64,000 bases of DNA from Bacteroidales bacterium (GTDB lineage: Bacteria; Bacteroidota; Bacteroidia; Bacteroidales; UBA3663): NCBI GenBank assembly GCA_045545875.1, contig JAZQBS010000036.1, positions 784 to 64,783 of the forward strand. The letters are read 5' to 3'. The stretch's first letter is position 1; each line of letters opens with the position of its first letter. The position numbers and the translations under genes were made by a program. Positions 41,018 to 50,857 of the stretch are shown piece after piece. The notes beneath the pieces are model-generated. The model searched no databases. It was not told the origin of the DNA and worked only from the letters and a program-made list of their open reading frames with translations.

Positions 41018-42033
41018 TGGGCGGCTGCAAACTCGTTGAGGAAACGCTTGTCATTCTCGGAGAAGAGGCGAAGGTCCTTCACGCGGTACTTGAGGTTGGC
41101 GATACGTTCAACGCCCATGCCGAAAGCATAGCCGGTGTAAACCTTCGAATCGATGCCGCAAGCCTCGAGGACATTAGGATCGACCATGCCGCAGCCCATG
41201 ATCTCGAGCCAACCGGCACCCTTGCACATCGAGCAGCCCTTGCCACCGCACAACGTACAACTTACGTCCATCTCAGCCGATGGTTCGGTGAATGGGAAGT
41301 AGCTTGGACGAAGACGAATCTGGGTGTTTGGACCAAACATCTCGACAGCAAACTGATGGAGCACCTGCTTGAGGTCGGCAAACGACACATCCTTGTCGAT
41401 ATAAAGGCCTTCGACCTGATGGAAGAAGCAGTGAGCACGTGCCGAAATGGCCTCGTTACGATAGACGCGACCTGGACAAACCACACGGATAGGTGGCTTC
41501 TGCTGGTTCATCACACGAACCTGCACCGAAGAGGTGTGGCTGCGCAGTACGACGATTGGGTCCTGCTGCACGAAGAACGTATCCTGCATATCGCGTGCCG
41601 GATGATCGTCGGCAAAGTTGAGCGCGCCATAGACGTGCCAGTCATCCTCCACCTCGGGACCCTCGGCAATCGAGAAGCCCATGCGGGCGAAGATGTCAAC
41701 GATCTCCTGGCGAACAAGGCTCAGGGGGTGACGTGTGCCCACCTCGTCGGGATAGGCAGGACGAGTCAGGTCAATATTCGTATCGATGTGGTCTTCTGAC
41801 TGATATTCTGCCTTGAGGGCCTCGATCTTCTCGGTAGCAGCAGCCTTCAATGCATTCAGCTTCTGACCAAGTTCGCGCTTCTGGTCAGCAGCCACATTGC
41901 GGAACTCTGCCATCAGGCCAGTGATCTCGCCCTTCTTGCTAAGATACTTGATACGCAGCGCCTCAATGTCTTCTGCGTTGTTTGCCTTCAGGGCCTGAAT
42001 CTCGGCCATCATGGCGTTAATCTTCTCTATCAT
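41014..42033 (-). CDS. pheS: Phenylalanine-tRNA ligase alpha subunit
   Basis: HPARDMQDTF, HTSSVQ, FHQVEG, YFPFTEPS, AFGMGVER. Confidence 0.97.
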   Translation of the reverse strand: MIEKINAMMAEIQALKANNAEDIEALRIKYLSKKGEITGLMAEFRNVAADQKRELGQKLNALKAAATEKIEALKAEYQSEDHIDTNIDLTRPAYPDEVGTRHPLSLVRQEIVDIFARMGFSIAEGPEVEDDWHVYGALNFADDHPARDMQDTFFVQQDPIVVLRSHTSSVQVRVMNQQKPPIRVVCPGRVYRNEAISARAHCFFHQVEGLYIDKDVSFADLKQVLHQFAVEMFGPNTQIRLRPSYFPFTEPSAEMDVSCTLCGGKGCSMCKGAGWLEIMGCGMVDPNVLEACGIDSKVYTGYAFGMGVERIANLKYRVKDLRLFSENDKRFLNEFAAAH

Positions 42034-42158
42034 ATATGCAGTTTTTATATTTTTTCTTGAAAAATGCGCGGCAAAGATAGTTAATTTTTTCGAAATAGTG
42101 AAATTTTCACGATATTTTTTGTATTTTTGCAGCGAAAAATCAACGAATCGCCAACATC

Positions 42159-43598
42159 ATGAGCCAAAAGAGCCAACATATATTACAACGCGTCGCCGAA
42201 TTCATCGAAAAAAACGAGCTTCTAATGCCTCCCCCTATGCAGGTATTCTGCCCCCGCTGTTCGGGGGATAGAGGGGGTGCGGAGGATGGAGGGGGTCTTT
42301 ACGTGGCTCTCAGCGGCGGCCCCGACTCCGTAGCCCTGCTGCACATCCTGCACACATTGGGCTACAAGTGCAAGGCCTTGCATTGCAACTTCCACCTGCG
42401 TGGAGCCGAATCGGACCGCGACCAGCAGTTCTGCGAAGCGCTCTGTGCCTCACTCGGCATTCCCCTGGAGGTTCGTCACTTCGACACCTTTGCCTATATG
42501 GAGCAACACCATCTCTCGGTCGAAATGGCAGCACGTGAACTTCGGTACAATTGGTGGCAAAGCCTCACCGATGGTGAGGGGTTAAGAGAGGTTAAGAGAA
42601 GTTCGAATAGTTCGAAAGGTTGTTTGCCTCCCACAACCCCCTCGAACCTCTCGAACCTTTCAAACCCCTCGAACCCCATACTCGTTGCCCTCGGTCATCA
42701 CCAGGACGACAGCATCGAGACGATGCTCATGAACCTGATGCGAGGCACGGGCATCCATGGGATGACAGGCATCGTGGCCCGGAATGAAGCGAAACACATC
42801 ATCCGTCCCCTCCTTTGCCTCAGCCGGCAGGACATCGTCGATTATTTGAGCGACAATGGCCTGAGTTACGTCATCGACAGCACCAATGCCGAAAACGAAA
42901 CGTTGCGTAACCAGATTCGCAACCAGCTCCTCCCTCTGATGGAGCAGATGGTTCCACAGGCACGACAAGGCATCACTCGCACGATGGAGCATCTGCAGGG
43001 CACCGAATGGTTTGCCGATCGTTACCTCGGGCTTTTCGAAGCGCTGACCGAACACCACAGCCAATGGGGCATCGAATGGGACGAACTGAACATCGCCAAG
43101 GCGGCACGACAGTTTCCCGAGCATCTCGAAGACTATCTGCACGAATGGACGGCCGAACACACCATCCCTTCGCGCACCCAGGTCGTTCGCACACCCAAAC
43201 TGCTCTATACAATGCCTTTCGACGAGCAGGAACTGGATAGCCATCGCCCCCAACTCACATTCGAGGAGAAGACACTCGACGCCCCGATGCGACTGGTGCC
43301 TCGCCCTTCGTCGCCTTTCGAAAACACTTTCGATGCCGACACCCTCACCCATCCCCTCACCTTGCGCCGATGGAAGGAAGGCGACCGCATTGCCCCATTA
43401 GGAATGAAGGGACGGACGCGCCTCATCTCCGACCTGTTCACCGATGCCCACTACAGCCCGATGCAGAAGGCCACAACCTGGCTGCTGTGCGATGCCACGG
43501 GCGACATCGTTTGGGCAATCGGGCTGCATATGAGCAATCGTCACAAGGTCACCCCTGCGACGAAAAGAATCATTAAAATAAAAGTCACTACTTCTTGA
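42159..43598 (+). CDS. tilS: tRNA(Ile)-lysidine synthetase with two repeat-derived in-frame insertions
   Basis: SGGPDS, HCNFHLRG, ARELRY, HHQDD, RPLL, DSTN, RNQIR. Confidence 0.93.
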   Translation: MSQKSQHILQRVAEFIEKNELLMPPPMQVFCPRCSGDRGGAEDGGGLYVALSGGPDSVALLHILHTLGYKCKALHCNFHLRGAESDRDQQFCEALCASLGIPLEVRHFDTFAYMEQHHLSVEMAARELRYNWWQSLTDGEGLREVKRSSNSSKGCLPPTTPSNLSNLSNPSNPILVALGHHQDDSIETMLMNLMRGTGIHGMTGIVARNEAKHIIRPLLCLSRQDIVDYLSDNGLSYVIDSTNAENETLRNQIRNQLLPLMEQMVPQARQGITRTMEHLQGTEWFADRYLGLFEALTEHHSQWGIEWDELNIAKAARQFPEHLEDYLHEWTAEHTIPSRTQVVRTPKLLYTMPFDEQELDSHRPQLTFEEKTLDAPMRLVPRPSSPFENTFDADTLTHPLTLRRWKEGDRIAPLGMKGRTRLISDLFTDAHYSPMQKATTWLLCDATGDIVWAIGLHMSNRHKVTPATKRIIKIKVTTS

Positions 43599-45423
43599 TA
43601 ATCACCGTACCATTGCAGGCCGAAGACACCGCCTTGCGGAATGCAACCCATTGCTCGAAAAGTTCGGCGGAATAGACTCCACTCTTGATCTTGAACGTGG
43701 TGACAAGTTTCACTTCGTTGCCTTCCACTTGGCTTTCCAACGTATAACTGCCGAACTCCGACATCACAACCTGGGTTTTCGGAACCGACTCGATGGCATA
43801 GCCTTCGGGCAGCACCATGGTGATGCTGTCGGTCGAAGTATATCCCACATTCTCCAGGTCTATCACGTGCGCCTGTTCCTTCGGGTTGCGAAGTGCCGAA
43901 TACGGATGGATGGAGAACGGGATGAAGATACGCGACCCGCTCACACGTCCATAGCCTGTGCTCGTGGCCTCCATGTTGAAGAACAGCTGCTTACCTTCCG
44001 ATTTGATGTTCAGATCGGAGATTGACGCCTTGGGCATTCTGAACGATTCGAGGATGGCCTTGCGCTGTTCGCTTGCACTCATCAGCGCCAATGGCAGGTC
44101 GTGTTCGAAGCAACGGTTCTGTTCCACACCCTGCCAGCTTACGGTCGCATTTCCATTTGCCTCGAGGGCAATTCGAATCCTGTTGTCCTCGGTGTTTTCC
44201 TCATCGGGAATGACCGGCACACGGGTCAGCTTGCCGCCATCGGCAGTGATGAGCAGCGCCTCGTGGCCCGCCCAGTTGGAGGGTCGGTAGTCGAAGGGGA
44301 CACGCGGATTGGTGCATTCCACCCAAAGCGTATCGTCCGGCAATGGCACGTGCGCTATGACGTGATTGAGCTGGCTGAAACTCGGGAAGTCGGGGAACAA
44401 ATCCTTGTATTCGGTCGAAATCAGGGCATAATGTGCGGGAATACCCACTTCGCCAAGCAAGGCGCAGAAGTAGTTGGTCAAAGCCTTGCAGTCGCCCATT
44501 CCCTTCTTCACCACGTCATCCACGGTCATCGTCTGATAGCCGCCGATGCCCAGCTGGATGCTGATATATCGCGTATTTTCGCCCATGAACTGACGCAGCA
44601 CGTGCACCTTGCTTCGGTCGGAAGTGCAGGTGTCGGTCAGGGTATGCACCTTCTGTCGGATGGCTTCGGGCAGGACGTCACGCCCCTGCTGGAGGTTATA
44701 GACCCATTTGCCGAAGGTTTCCCAGTTGGTCATGTCGCAGGGATAGCCTTCCATCGTGAACGAAAGTGGCGAAAAGATGACGGCAGGCACCTGCTCGTCC
44801 AGATCCTGGGCATAGGTGTAGCGCTTCACGGCAGGCAGGTTCTCCAGCTTGAATTCCGTAATCTTCTTGCCTCCTTCCTCACGTGTCACGACTTCGGGTT
44901 CGAAGTTGCGTGCATGCCATCGCATGGTATTTTCGGGCGTCGCGATGAAGCGATAGCTCGCCTCGCGTACATCCACCTCATACCTTGTCTGGGGAGCGAA
45001 CGGAGGATAGGCACGAAGCCCGCCCGTGAACTTCTCCTCCCATTCGTAGGTCACGGTGACGGGATAGGAAATGGGACTGTACTGATAATAGTAGAAGAAG
45101 TCGTCCGACTTGAACTCGGTGGAGTATTCGCTTCGCGTCAGTTCGCTTTTCTTGATCTTCTTGATGACCTTGCCCTGTGCATCAGCGACCTCTCCGCTGA
45201 ATCGGCTCAGGTCGTCGCCAGGGCCGCACCAGCAGTGGAAGATGGCAAGGTCGTCGCCATGTGCATTGTGAATCACGATCACGCGACGCTCGCGCAGGGT
45301 AGCAGTCTTGGCGCCGGTACATTCGAATTCGGTGTTCGACTCCACGATTGTAGCCACCTGCGCATCAGCGTTTTGCGAAATCAGGCATCCGCCCACAAGC
45401 AAAGAGAACAGAAGTCTTCTCAT
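43588..45423 (-). CDS. DUF3857 + transglutaminase-like protein (catalytic Cys present)
   Basis: Signal peptide, RYISIQLGIGG, GDCKA, NHVI, WVECT. Confidence 0.85.
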   Translation of the reverse strand: MRRLLFSLLVGGCLISQNADAQVATIVESNTEFECTGAKTATLRERRVIVIHNAHGDDLAIFHCWCGPGDDLSRFSGEVADAQGKVIKKIKKSELTRSEYSTEFKSDDFFYYYQYSPISYPVTVTYEWEEKFTGGLRAYPPFAPQTRYEVDVREASYRFIATPENTMRWHARNFEPEVVTREEGGKKITEFKLENLPAVKRYTYAQDLDEQVPAVIFSPLSFTMEGYPCDMTNWETFGKWVYNLQQGRDVLPEAIRQKVHTLTDTCTSDRSKVHVLRQFMGENTRYISIQLGIGGYQTMTVDDVVKKGMGDCKALTNYFCALLGEVGIPAHYALISTEYKDLFPDFPSFSQLNHVIAHVPLPDDTLWVECTNPRVPFDYRPSNWAGHEALLITADGGKLTRVPVIPDEENTEDNRIRIALEANGNATVSWQGVEQNRCFEHDLPLALMSASEQRKAILESFRMPKASISDLNIKSEGKQLFFNMEATSTGYGRVSGSRIFIPFSIHPYSALRNPKEQAHVIDLENVGYTSTDSITMVLPEGYAIESVPKTQVVMSEFGSYTLESQVEGNEVKLVTTFKIKSGVYSAELFEQWVAFRKAVSSACNGTVIIKK

Positions 45424-47411
45424 AGCTGCTTCTTCAAAACTATCATCTCGCCGAGCTTCAGCTCAGCCGTGGCCCAGAAGTCACGCAGATAGGAATAATT
45501 ATCGGTGTCGTAGAGCAAGGTCTTGCGACTGAAATTATAGTTGATCACAAGCGTATTGCCCGATTGGCGCACACGCATGCGGGCATTCATATCCTCGTTG
45601 GGCATCACCAGCGTGAACGACGAAGGCAACTCCTCTACCACATAGCCATCGGGCAGGGTGAGCTGGATGGTTTGACGATTCATCGTATTGTACATGAATT
45701 CGACGGGCAGGTCACGCGTCTCGGCCTTGAAGGGGTTGGTCGCATCGATGAAGAGGAACGGGTTGAGGTAGATGTGCTCGTCGTCGGTGTTGAGACTGCG
45801 GCTGAACGTGAGGTCCTCCCTCACCTCGTCGCTGTTCGAATCAATACCCTTCAGTTCAAACGATTCGATCTCGACATTGTTCGAAGTGGCGAAATGCTCG
45901 ACATACGCCACGCTGTCAGTCACATCACGATAGACGTCACGATAATGACCGGCCGCTACGCCGTGATAGACGGCATTGTAATTGCCTTGCAGCATTCCCT
46001 CGGGCGTGATGGTAGCCTTGGCCAAAGTGATGACCTTGCCATCGCAGCAGTCGCGCAGATCCACCCAGCGGGCGTTGCCGCTCTTGGTGAGCATTCGTCC
46101 GCGGTCCACCAGTTCATTGGCTGTCAGGGTGCCCACAGGATAACCCTTGGCGGCAGCATCGACATAGAACACCGTGCTGTCGGCAGCGTCGGCCACAGCC
46201 AGCACCATCGTATTCAGCGCAGCCACACTCGGATGGGCATAGGGCAAGCGTCCCTTGCTCCTGCGGCTCAGCACTACGGGGCAGGCTGTGATACCTGCAT
46301 CGCGCAGCATGCTCATCAGGGCGAAGTTGAGTGTGCCGCTGTTGGCGGTACCCTCCTTCTGCAGTTTCTTCGCCGAAATGCCGTAGAGTCCATAGTTCTG
46401 GTCCCAGGTATAATAGGCCAGCAGCAGGTCACGGAGCTTCTCGGTCTTCTCCTTGGCAGTAAGTCCATCTAGCTTGAGGTCGGCCTGTTCCTTGGCCAGC
46501 GGGTTGTCCATGTTGAAGTACTTTCCGAAGTCCTCATCGCCCATCATCATCTTGTCAACGTCCTCCCACGTGCTTTGGAAGTTCTTGTAGTAGGAGCCGG
46601 TGATGTTGATCGAACGCAGGTCGTGCTCTACCTTGGTCATGAAGTCATCGACGCACCAGATGTAGTCATCGTCCTTGACCGCAGGCAACTCTTTTCCTTC
46701 GAAATGATGAGCAGTGGCAGCACAGGTCAGCAGTCCACCGGGCAGAACCGCCTTGAAGGTGTCGTCCTTGCGCGAGCCGGTGATCGTAGCGCGGCCATGC
46801 ATCGCGGTGTTGAAGTTGAACCACTCGGGGATGGTGATGGTGTATTCGGTGAAGAACACGGGCATGGCGCACTGGGCATCCCAGTCGGAGATGGTATAGA
46901 TGTAGGGGCTCTGACGCTGGAACTCGTATTCGATCACCGTGCCGACCTTGACGTTCGGGATCGAGAACTTCACCTGGCTATAGTATTTATCGACGCGCTC
47001 CTTGCTCTTGAGGTCTCCGGTGAGTTTCGAGCGCACCACCTTGCCGTCCTCCAGGTTGTAGGCCGAACCCTTGACGCCCGAGATGCGGTCGCCGTTCGAC
47101 GAACCCTGCGGATCGTAGAACACTATCGTCACATCGGCAGCCGAAACGCCCTCTGGCTTGAGGACCTTCACACGCTCCTTCACGCGATAGACCACCCAGA
47201 AATCGTCGGCCATGAAATCAAACTGCACGTCGGTATCGCTGTAAAGCTTCACCGCATCCGCGTCAGGATCGGGTGCATAAACGGTCATCGACATCTCTTC
47301 GTCGGTAGGCTTGCCGAACTTCTTGTTCACATCCAAAGCCATAGCTTCCAGTGGCAGGATGAGTGTAAGCAGAATCAGAAGAATTCTGAAAGAATAGTCA
47401 TTTACTGACAT
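45420..47411 (-). CDS. DUF3857/transglutaminase-fold paralog (no catalytic Cys)
   Basis: KFGKPTDEEM, PNVKVGTVIEY, ANSGTLN, P.GY.VEELP. Confidence 0.82.
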   Translation of the reverse strand: MSVNDYSFRILLILLTLILPLEAMALDVNKKFGKPTDEEMSMTVYAPDPDADAVKLYSDTDVQFDFMADDFWVVYRVKERVKVLKPEGVSAADVTIVFYDPQGSSNGDRISGVKGSAYNLEDGKVVRSKLTGDLKSKERVDKYYSQVKFSIPNVKVGTVIEYEFQRQSPYIYTISDWDAQCAMPVFFTEYTITIPEWFNFNTAMHGRATITGSRKDDTFKAVLPGGLLTCAATAHHFEGKELPAVKDDDYIWCVDDFMTKVEHDLRSINITGSYYKNFQSTWEDVDKMMMGDEDFGKYFNMDNPLAKEQADLKLDGLTAKEKTEKLRDLLLAYYTWDQNYGLYGISAKKLQKEGTANSGTLNFALMSMLRDAGITACPVVLSRRSKGRLPYAHPSVAALNTMVLAVADAADSTVFYVDAAAKGYPVGTLTANELVDRGRMLTKSGNARWVDLRDCCDGKVITLAKATITPEGMLQGNYNAVYHGVAAGHYRDVYRDVTDSVAYVEHFATSNNVEIESFELKGIDSNSDEVREDLTFSRSLNTDDEHIYLNPFLFIDATNPFKAETRDLPVEFMYNTMNRQTIQLTLPDGYVVEELPSSFTLVMPNEDMNARMRVRQSGNTLVINYNFSRKTLLYDTDNYSYLRDFWATAELKLGEMIVLKKQL

Positions 47412-47464
47412 ACTACTGAAAAATTTACGTTAATTCGTGATAATTCGTGTTAAAAGAAAAGTAA

Positions 47465-49444
47465 TTATTGTTCAGTTTTCTTGAGCACAATCATTTCGTT
47501 GCACTTCGACTCAAGCTTCGACCAGAAGTCGCGCAACGAGGGATAATACTCATTGGGATACAACATGGATTGGCGGTTATAACTGATTTGGATATTGAGT
47601 TTCCGGCCTGCCAGACTCGTCATTATGCGGCAGTTCATGCCGCCATCGGTCATCTTCACCTGGATTGATTGTGGCAACTCCTCCACCTCATAGCCTTCCG
47701 GCAAATCAATCTGGATGACGTGGCGTTCACGCACGGCATAGGGGAATTCGACGGGCAGGACACGCTCCTCGGCCTTGAAAGGTGACTCCATGTCGGCGAA
47801 CAGGAACGGATTCAGATAGATGTGTTCTCCATCATTCTCGCAGGAACGTGAGAATCTGATGTTCTCCCTTACCACCGGGCCGTACCCTTTGACATCGCTG
47901 ACATGATATTCCTCAATCTCCACCTTATTGCGATTGGCAATCTTCTGGACGAACTCCGTGCTGTCCTTTGTCGTAAAGAAGTTGCGACGGAACACGACCG
48001 AGGAATTGTCGTGATAATCCACATCACGTGTTCCCTCCAGCTGGCCGTCAGCCGATAGCGTTCCCCTCGAGAACGAGGAAATCTGGCCGGAGCTGACATG
48101 GGTCAGGTCAACCCATTCGGCAGAGTTTTCACCACGAATCACGCGGGCTCGCTCCACGAGCAGATTGTCGGGCAGCACACCCACGGGACAACCTGGGGCA
48201 GCAGCATCGATATAGAACGGCTCGCCATCTTCCCCGATCACCTGCAGGCACATCGTGTTAAGCGACTCTCCACTGGGATGCAACTGTGGCAGACGTCCGC
48301 GTGTACGACGACTCATCACGACGGGATGTGCCTGGATGTTGGCATCGCGCAGCATGCTCCTCAGGGCAAAGTTCAACGTGGCACTGTTGGCCGTGCGTTC
48401 CTTTTGCAGTTTTCGTTCCCCGACGGCATAGATCCCGAAGTTGCCGTTCCACGCGAAGTTGTTCTTCAGCAGTTCCCGAAGCCGGGCGGTGCGCTCCCTC
48501 ACTGGGAGGGTGTCGGGCAGATTGAGGGCGGCCTGTTCCTGTGCCAGTGGATTGTTCATCTTGTAGAACTTGCCGAAGTCCTCATCCTGTATCAGAACGC
48601 TATCGACCTTCTCCCACGTCGTCGTGAAGCGTCTGCGCCCGCTGTTGGGGAATTCTATCCAGTTGAGGTCATGCACCACCTTTGTCAGGAAGTCCTCCAC
48701 GCAATATACCCAGTCATCATCCTTGACAACGGGAAGACGGGAGCCGAAGAACTTGTTCACGCCAGCCTGTACCGTAGCCGAACCCTTCGATGTCGCGAAT
48801 GTGAATGACGTGATGTCAACATCCTGGTCGAGCAGGATGATGCCGCTGTTTTCGATATGGAAATTGAACCATGCAGGAATCACCAGGGAGTATTCGGTGT
48901 AGAAGACGGGCATCTCCTGGCTCTGGGCATACCAGTCGCTGATGGTGAAATAGTAGTCGCTGTGGCGTTCGTATTCATATTCGATCACCGACCCCACCTT
49001 GACATTGGGGATTGAGAACTTCACCTGGCAATACTTTTCGTTGATGCGCTCCTTGTTCTTCAGGTCGTTGGTCATCTTCGAACTCACCACCTTGCCGCCT
49101 TCCAGGTTGTACGACGTGGCCTTGATGCGCGACACGCGTTCATTGCGCGTCTCCTTCTCAGGGTCGTAGAAGACCACCTTCACATCGCCCTGCTCGATGC
49201 CTTCGGGCTTGAGGATCTTGATGCGCTCCTTTACCTTATAGACGATTCCGAAATTCTCACCCGCCTGTTCAAACTTCGCTTCCGTGTGGCTATATAGAAT
49301 CACGGCCGCAGCTTCGGGATCATCCTCATACACGGTCATCGACATCTCCTCTGCGGTAGGAGCACCGAACTTCTTGTTCACATCCAGGGCCATGGCTTTC
49401 AATGGTAGGATGAGAGAAAGCAGAATCAAAAGGAAATACTTCAT
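47465..49444 (-). CDS. DUF3857/transglutaminase-fold paralog (no catalytic Cys)
   Basis: Closely similar to 45420-47411 (ALDVNKKFG, PNVKVGSVIEY, ANSATLN). Confidence 0.82.
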   Translation of the reverse strand: MKYFLLILLSLILPLKAMALDVNKKFGAPTAEEMSMTVYEDDPEAAAVILYSHTEAKFEQAGENFGIVYKVKERIKILKPEGIEQGDVKVVFYDPEKETRNERVSRIKATSYNLEGGKVVSSKMTNDLKNKERINEKYCQVKFSIPNVKVGSVIEYEYERHSDYYFTISDWYAQSQEMPVFYTEYSLVIPAWFNFHIENSGIILLDQDVDITSFTFATSKGSATVQAGVNKFFGSRLPVVKDDDWVYCVEDFLTKVVHDLNWIEFPNSGRRRFTTTWEKVDSVLIQDEDFGKFYKMNNPLAQEQAALNLPDTLPVRERTARLRELLKNNFAWNGNFGIYAVGERKLQKERTANSATLNFALRSMLRDANIQAHPVVMSRRTRGRLPQLHPSGESLNTMCLQVIGEDGEPFYIDAAAPGCPVGVLPDNLLVERARVIRGENSAEWVDLTHVSSGQISSFSRGTLSADGQLEGTRDVDYHDNSSVVFRRNFFTTKDSTEFVQKIANRNKVEIEEYHVSDVKGYGPVVRENIRFSRSCENDGEHIYLNPFLFADMESPFKAEERVLPVEFPYAVRERHVIQIDLPEGYEVEELPQSIQVKMTDGGMNCRIMTSLAGRKLNIQISYNRQSMLYPNEYYPSLRDFWSKLESKCNEMIVLKKTEQ

Positions 49445-49659
49445 ATTTTCTATATAATAACTCGGCAAAGATAACAACAAAATCCTAAGCTTGGAATCAA
49501 ACAAAAGGGATAATCATTATTTTTCACAATTATTGCATCGTTATTTGCCGAAATGACACTTGAACTTTGAATTTGGCATAAAATATTGCCGGAAAATTTG
49601 GAGAAATGTGCATTTGTTTATATCTTTGCAGCGAAATCCATAAAATTATCTGACCTGTC

Positions 49660-50808
49660 ATGAAAATACGACTCTTTCTCTTGTTCTTCCTTCTGAGCTC
49701 CTCGCTCTCGGCACAGCGAGCCCTGTTTCCCGACTCGGCAGGAAACATCAACGCCGTTCCCATCAGGGAAATTGTGGAGACCGATCCCTACCAGCGGCAG
49801 TTCTCTCTCTCCTGCACAAGCAAACTCGACAACAAGCCCCTGGTGCTCACCCCCGACAATGCCATCGGCTACCAGCTGTCCTCTCGCGGAATGTATGTCA
49901 GCCACACCTTTGAATATGCCGGCGAAACCAAGCACCTCTTCCTGCGTCGCGTCGGCTTCTATCAGGACAGCCTCTTCTTCTTTGTCTATTTCGACGACGA
50001 GGCTGCGCGCCATCCCATCTATTACGTGCAGAAGAACGGCGAAAAGCAGCTCTACCCCTTGGCCGACGATCCCGCCACGGGCTATGTCTCGCCCCTTCAC
50101 ACCCTGCTGCTCTCCTATCCCATCGCCCAGGACCCCGACGTGCGAGCCTATTTCGACCAGCTGCCGCCCACGCCCGAAGCCTTCCAGGATGCCCATCGCC
50201 TTGCCCTGTCGGGCTATGCCTCCCACCTGCCTCGCTTCAAGTGGGGCGTGCACCTCGCGATGCCTTTGACCAAGGTGCTCGCCGAGGGGTACACGATGGA
50301 CCTCGCCGTGAGTGTCGCGCCAGGCGTCTTTGCCGACATTCCGTTCATATTCGGGCTATCCTATCACCCCGAACTCACATTCGAGAAATACGCAGCCAAC
50401 GGTTCCCTCTCGTCCGAAACGGCGCTCTATAGCGACGTCGCCTACAACGTCACCTCGCTCTCGTTGCCCCAGATGCTTCGCTACACGTCCATCACCCGGC
50501 CGTCGCGCGTGCTGCCCTATTACGAATTGGGAGCACAGGCTTCGTTCAACTTGAGGCGTTCGATGGACTACAGATACTTCCGTCGGGACTTCCTCGACTA
50601 TATCGACTATCACAACGCCATCAATTTCCTGAAGGAAGAGGTTGGCGAGGAGTCCATCCCCGCCGTCTCGTTCGCCGTTCTGGCTGGATTTGGCGTCGAA
50701 TGGCAGTATTCGCGCCGTCATTCCTTCTATTTCTCGGGCCGATTCATCTGGGAATTGGGCCACGTCGGCCGCATCGGCGGCATGTTGCAGGTCTCCTATA
50801 ACCTCTGA
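49660..50808 (+). CDS. Secreted protein with C-terminal porin-like outer-membrane beta-barrel
   Basis: Signal peptide; C-terminal beta strands (YHPEL, LSLPQMLRY), ends VSYNL. Confidence 0.65.
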   Translation: MKIRLFLLFFLLSSSLSAQRALFPDSAGNINAVPIREIVETDPYQRQFSLSCTSKLDNKPLVLTPDNAIGYQLSSRGMYVSHTFEYAGETKHLFLRRVGFYQDSLFFFVYFDDEAARHPIYYVQKNGEKQLYPLADDPATGYVSPLHTLLLSYPIAQDPDVRAYFDQLPPTPEAFQDAHRLALSGYASHLPRFKWGVHLAMPLTKVLAEGYTMDLAVSVAPGVFADIPFIFGLSYHPELTFEKYAANGSLSSETALYSDVAYNVTSLSLPQMLRYTSITRPSRVLPYYELGAQASFNLRRSMDYRYFRRDFLDYIDYHNAINFLKEEVGEESIPAVSFAVLAGFGVEWQYSRRHSFYFSGRFIWELGHVGRIGGMLQVSYNL

Positions 50809-50857
50809 TCGTCCAACCCTCGAAGAAGAATAAACCATTTTGACAAGGAACACCACT

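Noticed and set aside
41014-42033. pheS without pheT, and xseA without adjacent xseB
   Set aside because: Split arrangements are ordinary (pheS and pheT are typically unlinked in Bacteroidetes). The partners are probably elsewhere.
47428-47453. TAATTCGTG duplication between the DUF3857 paralogs
   Set aside because: Only two clear copies and no partner arm in the window, too weak to report as an element.
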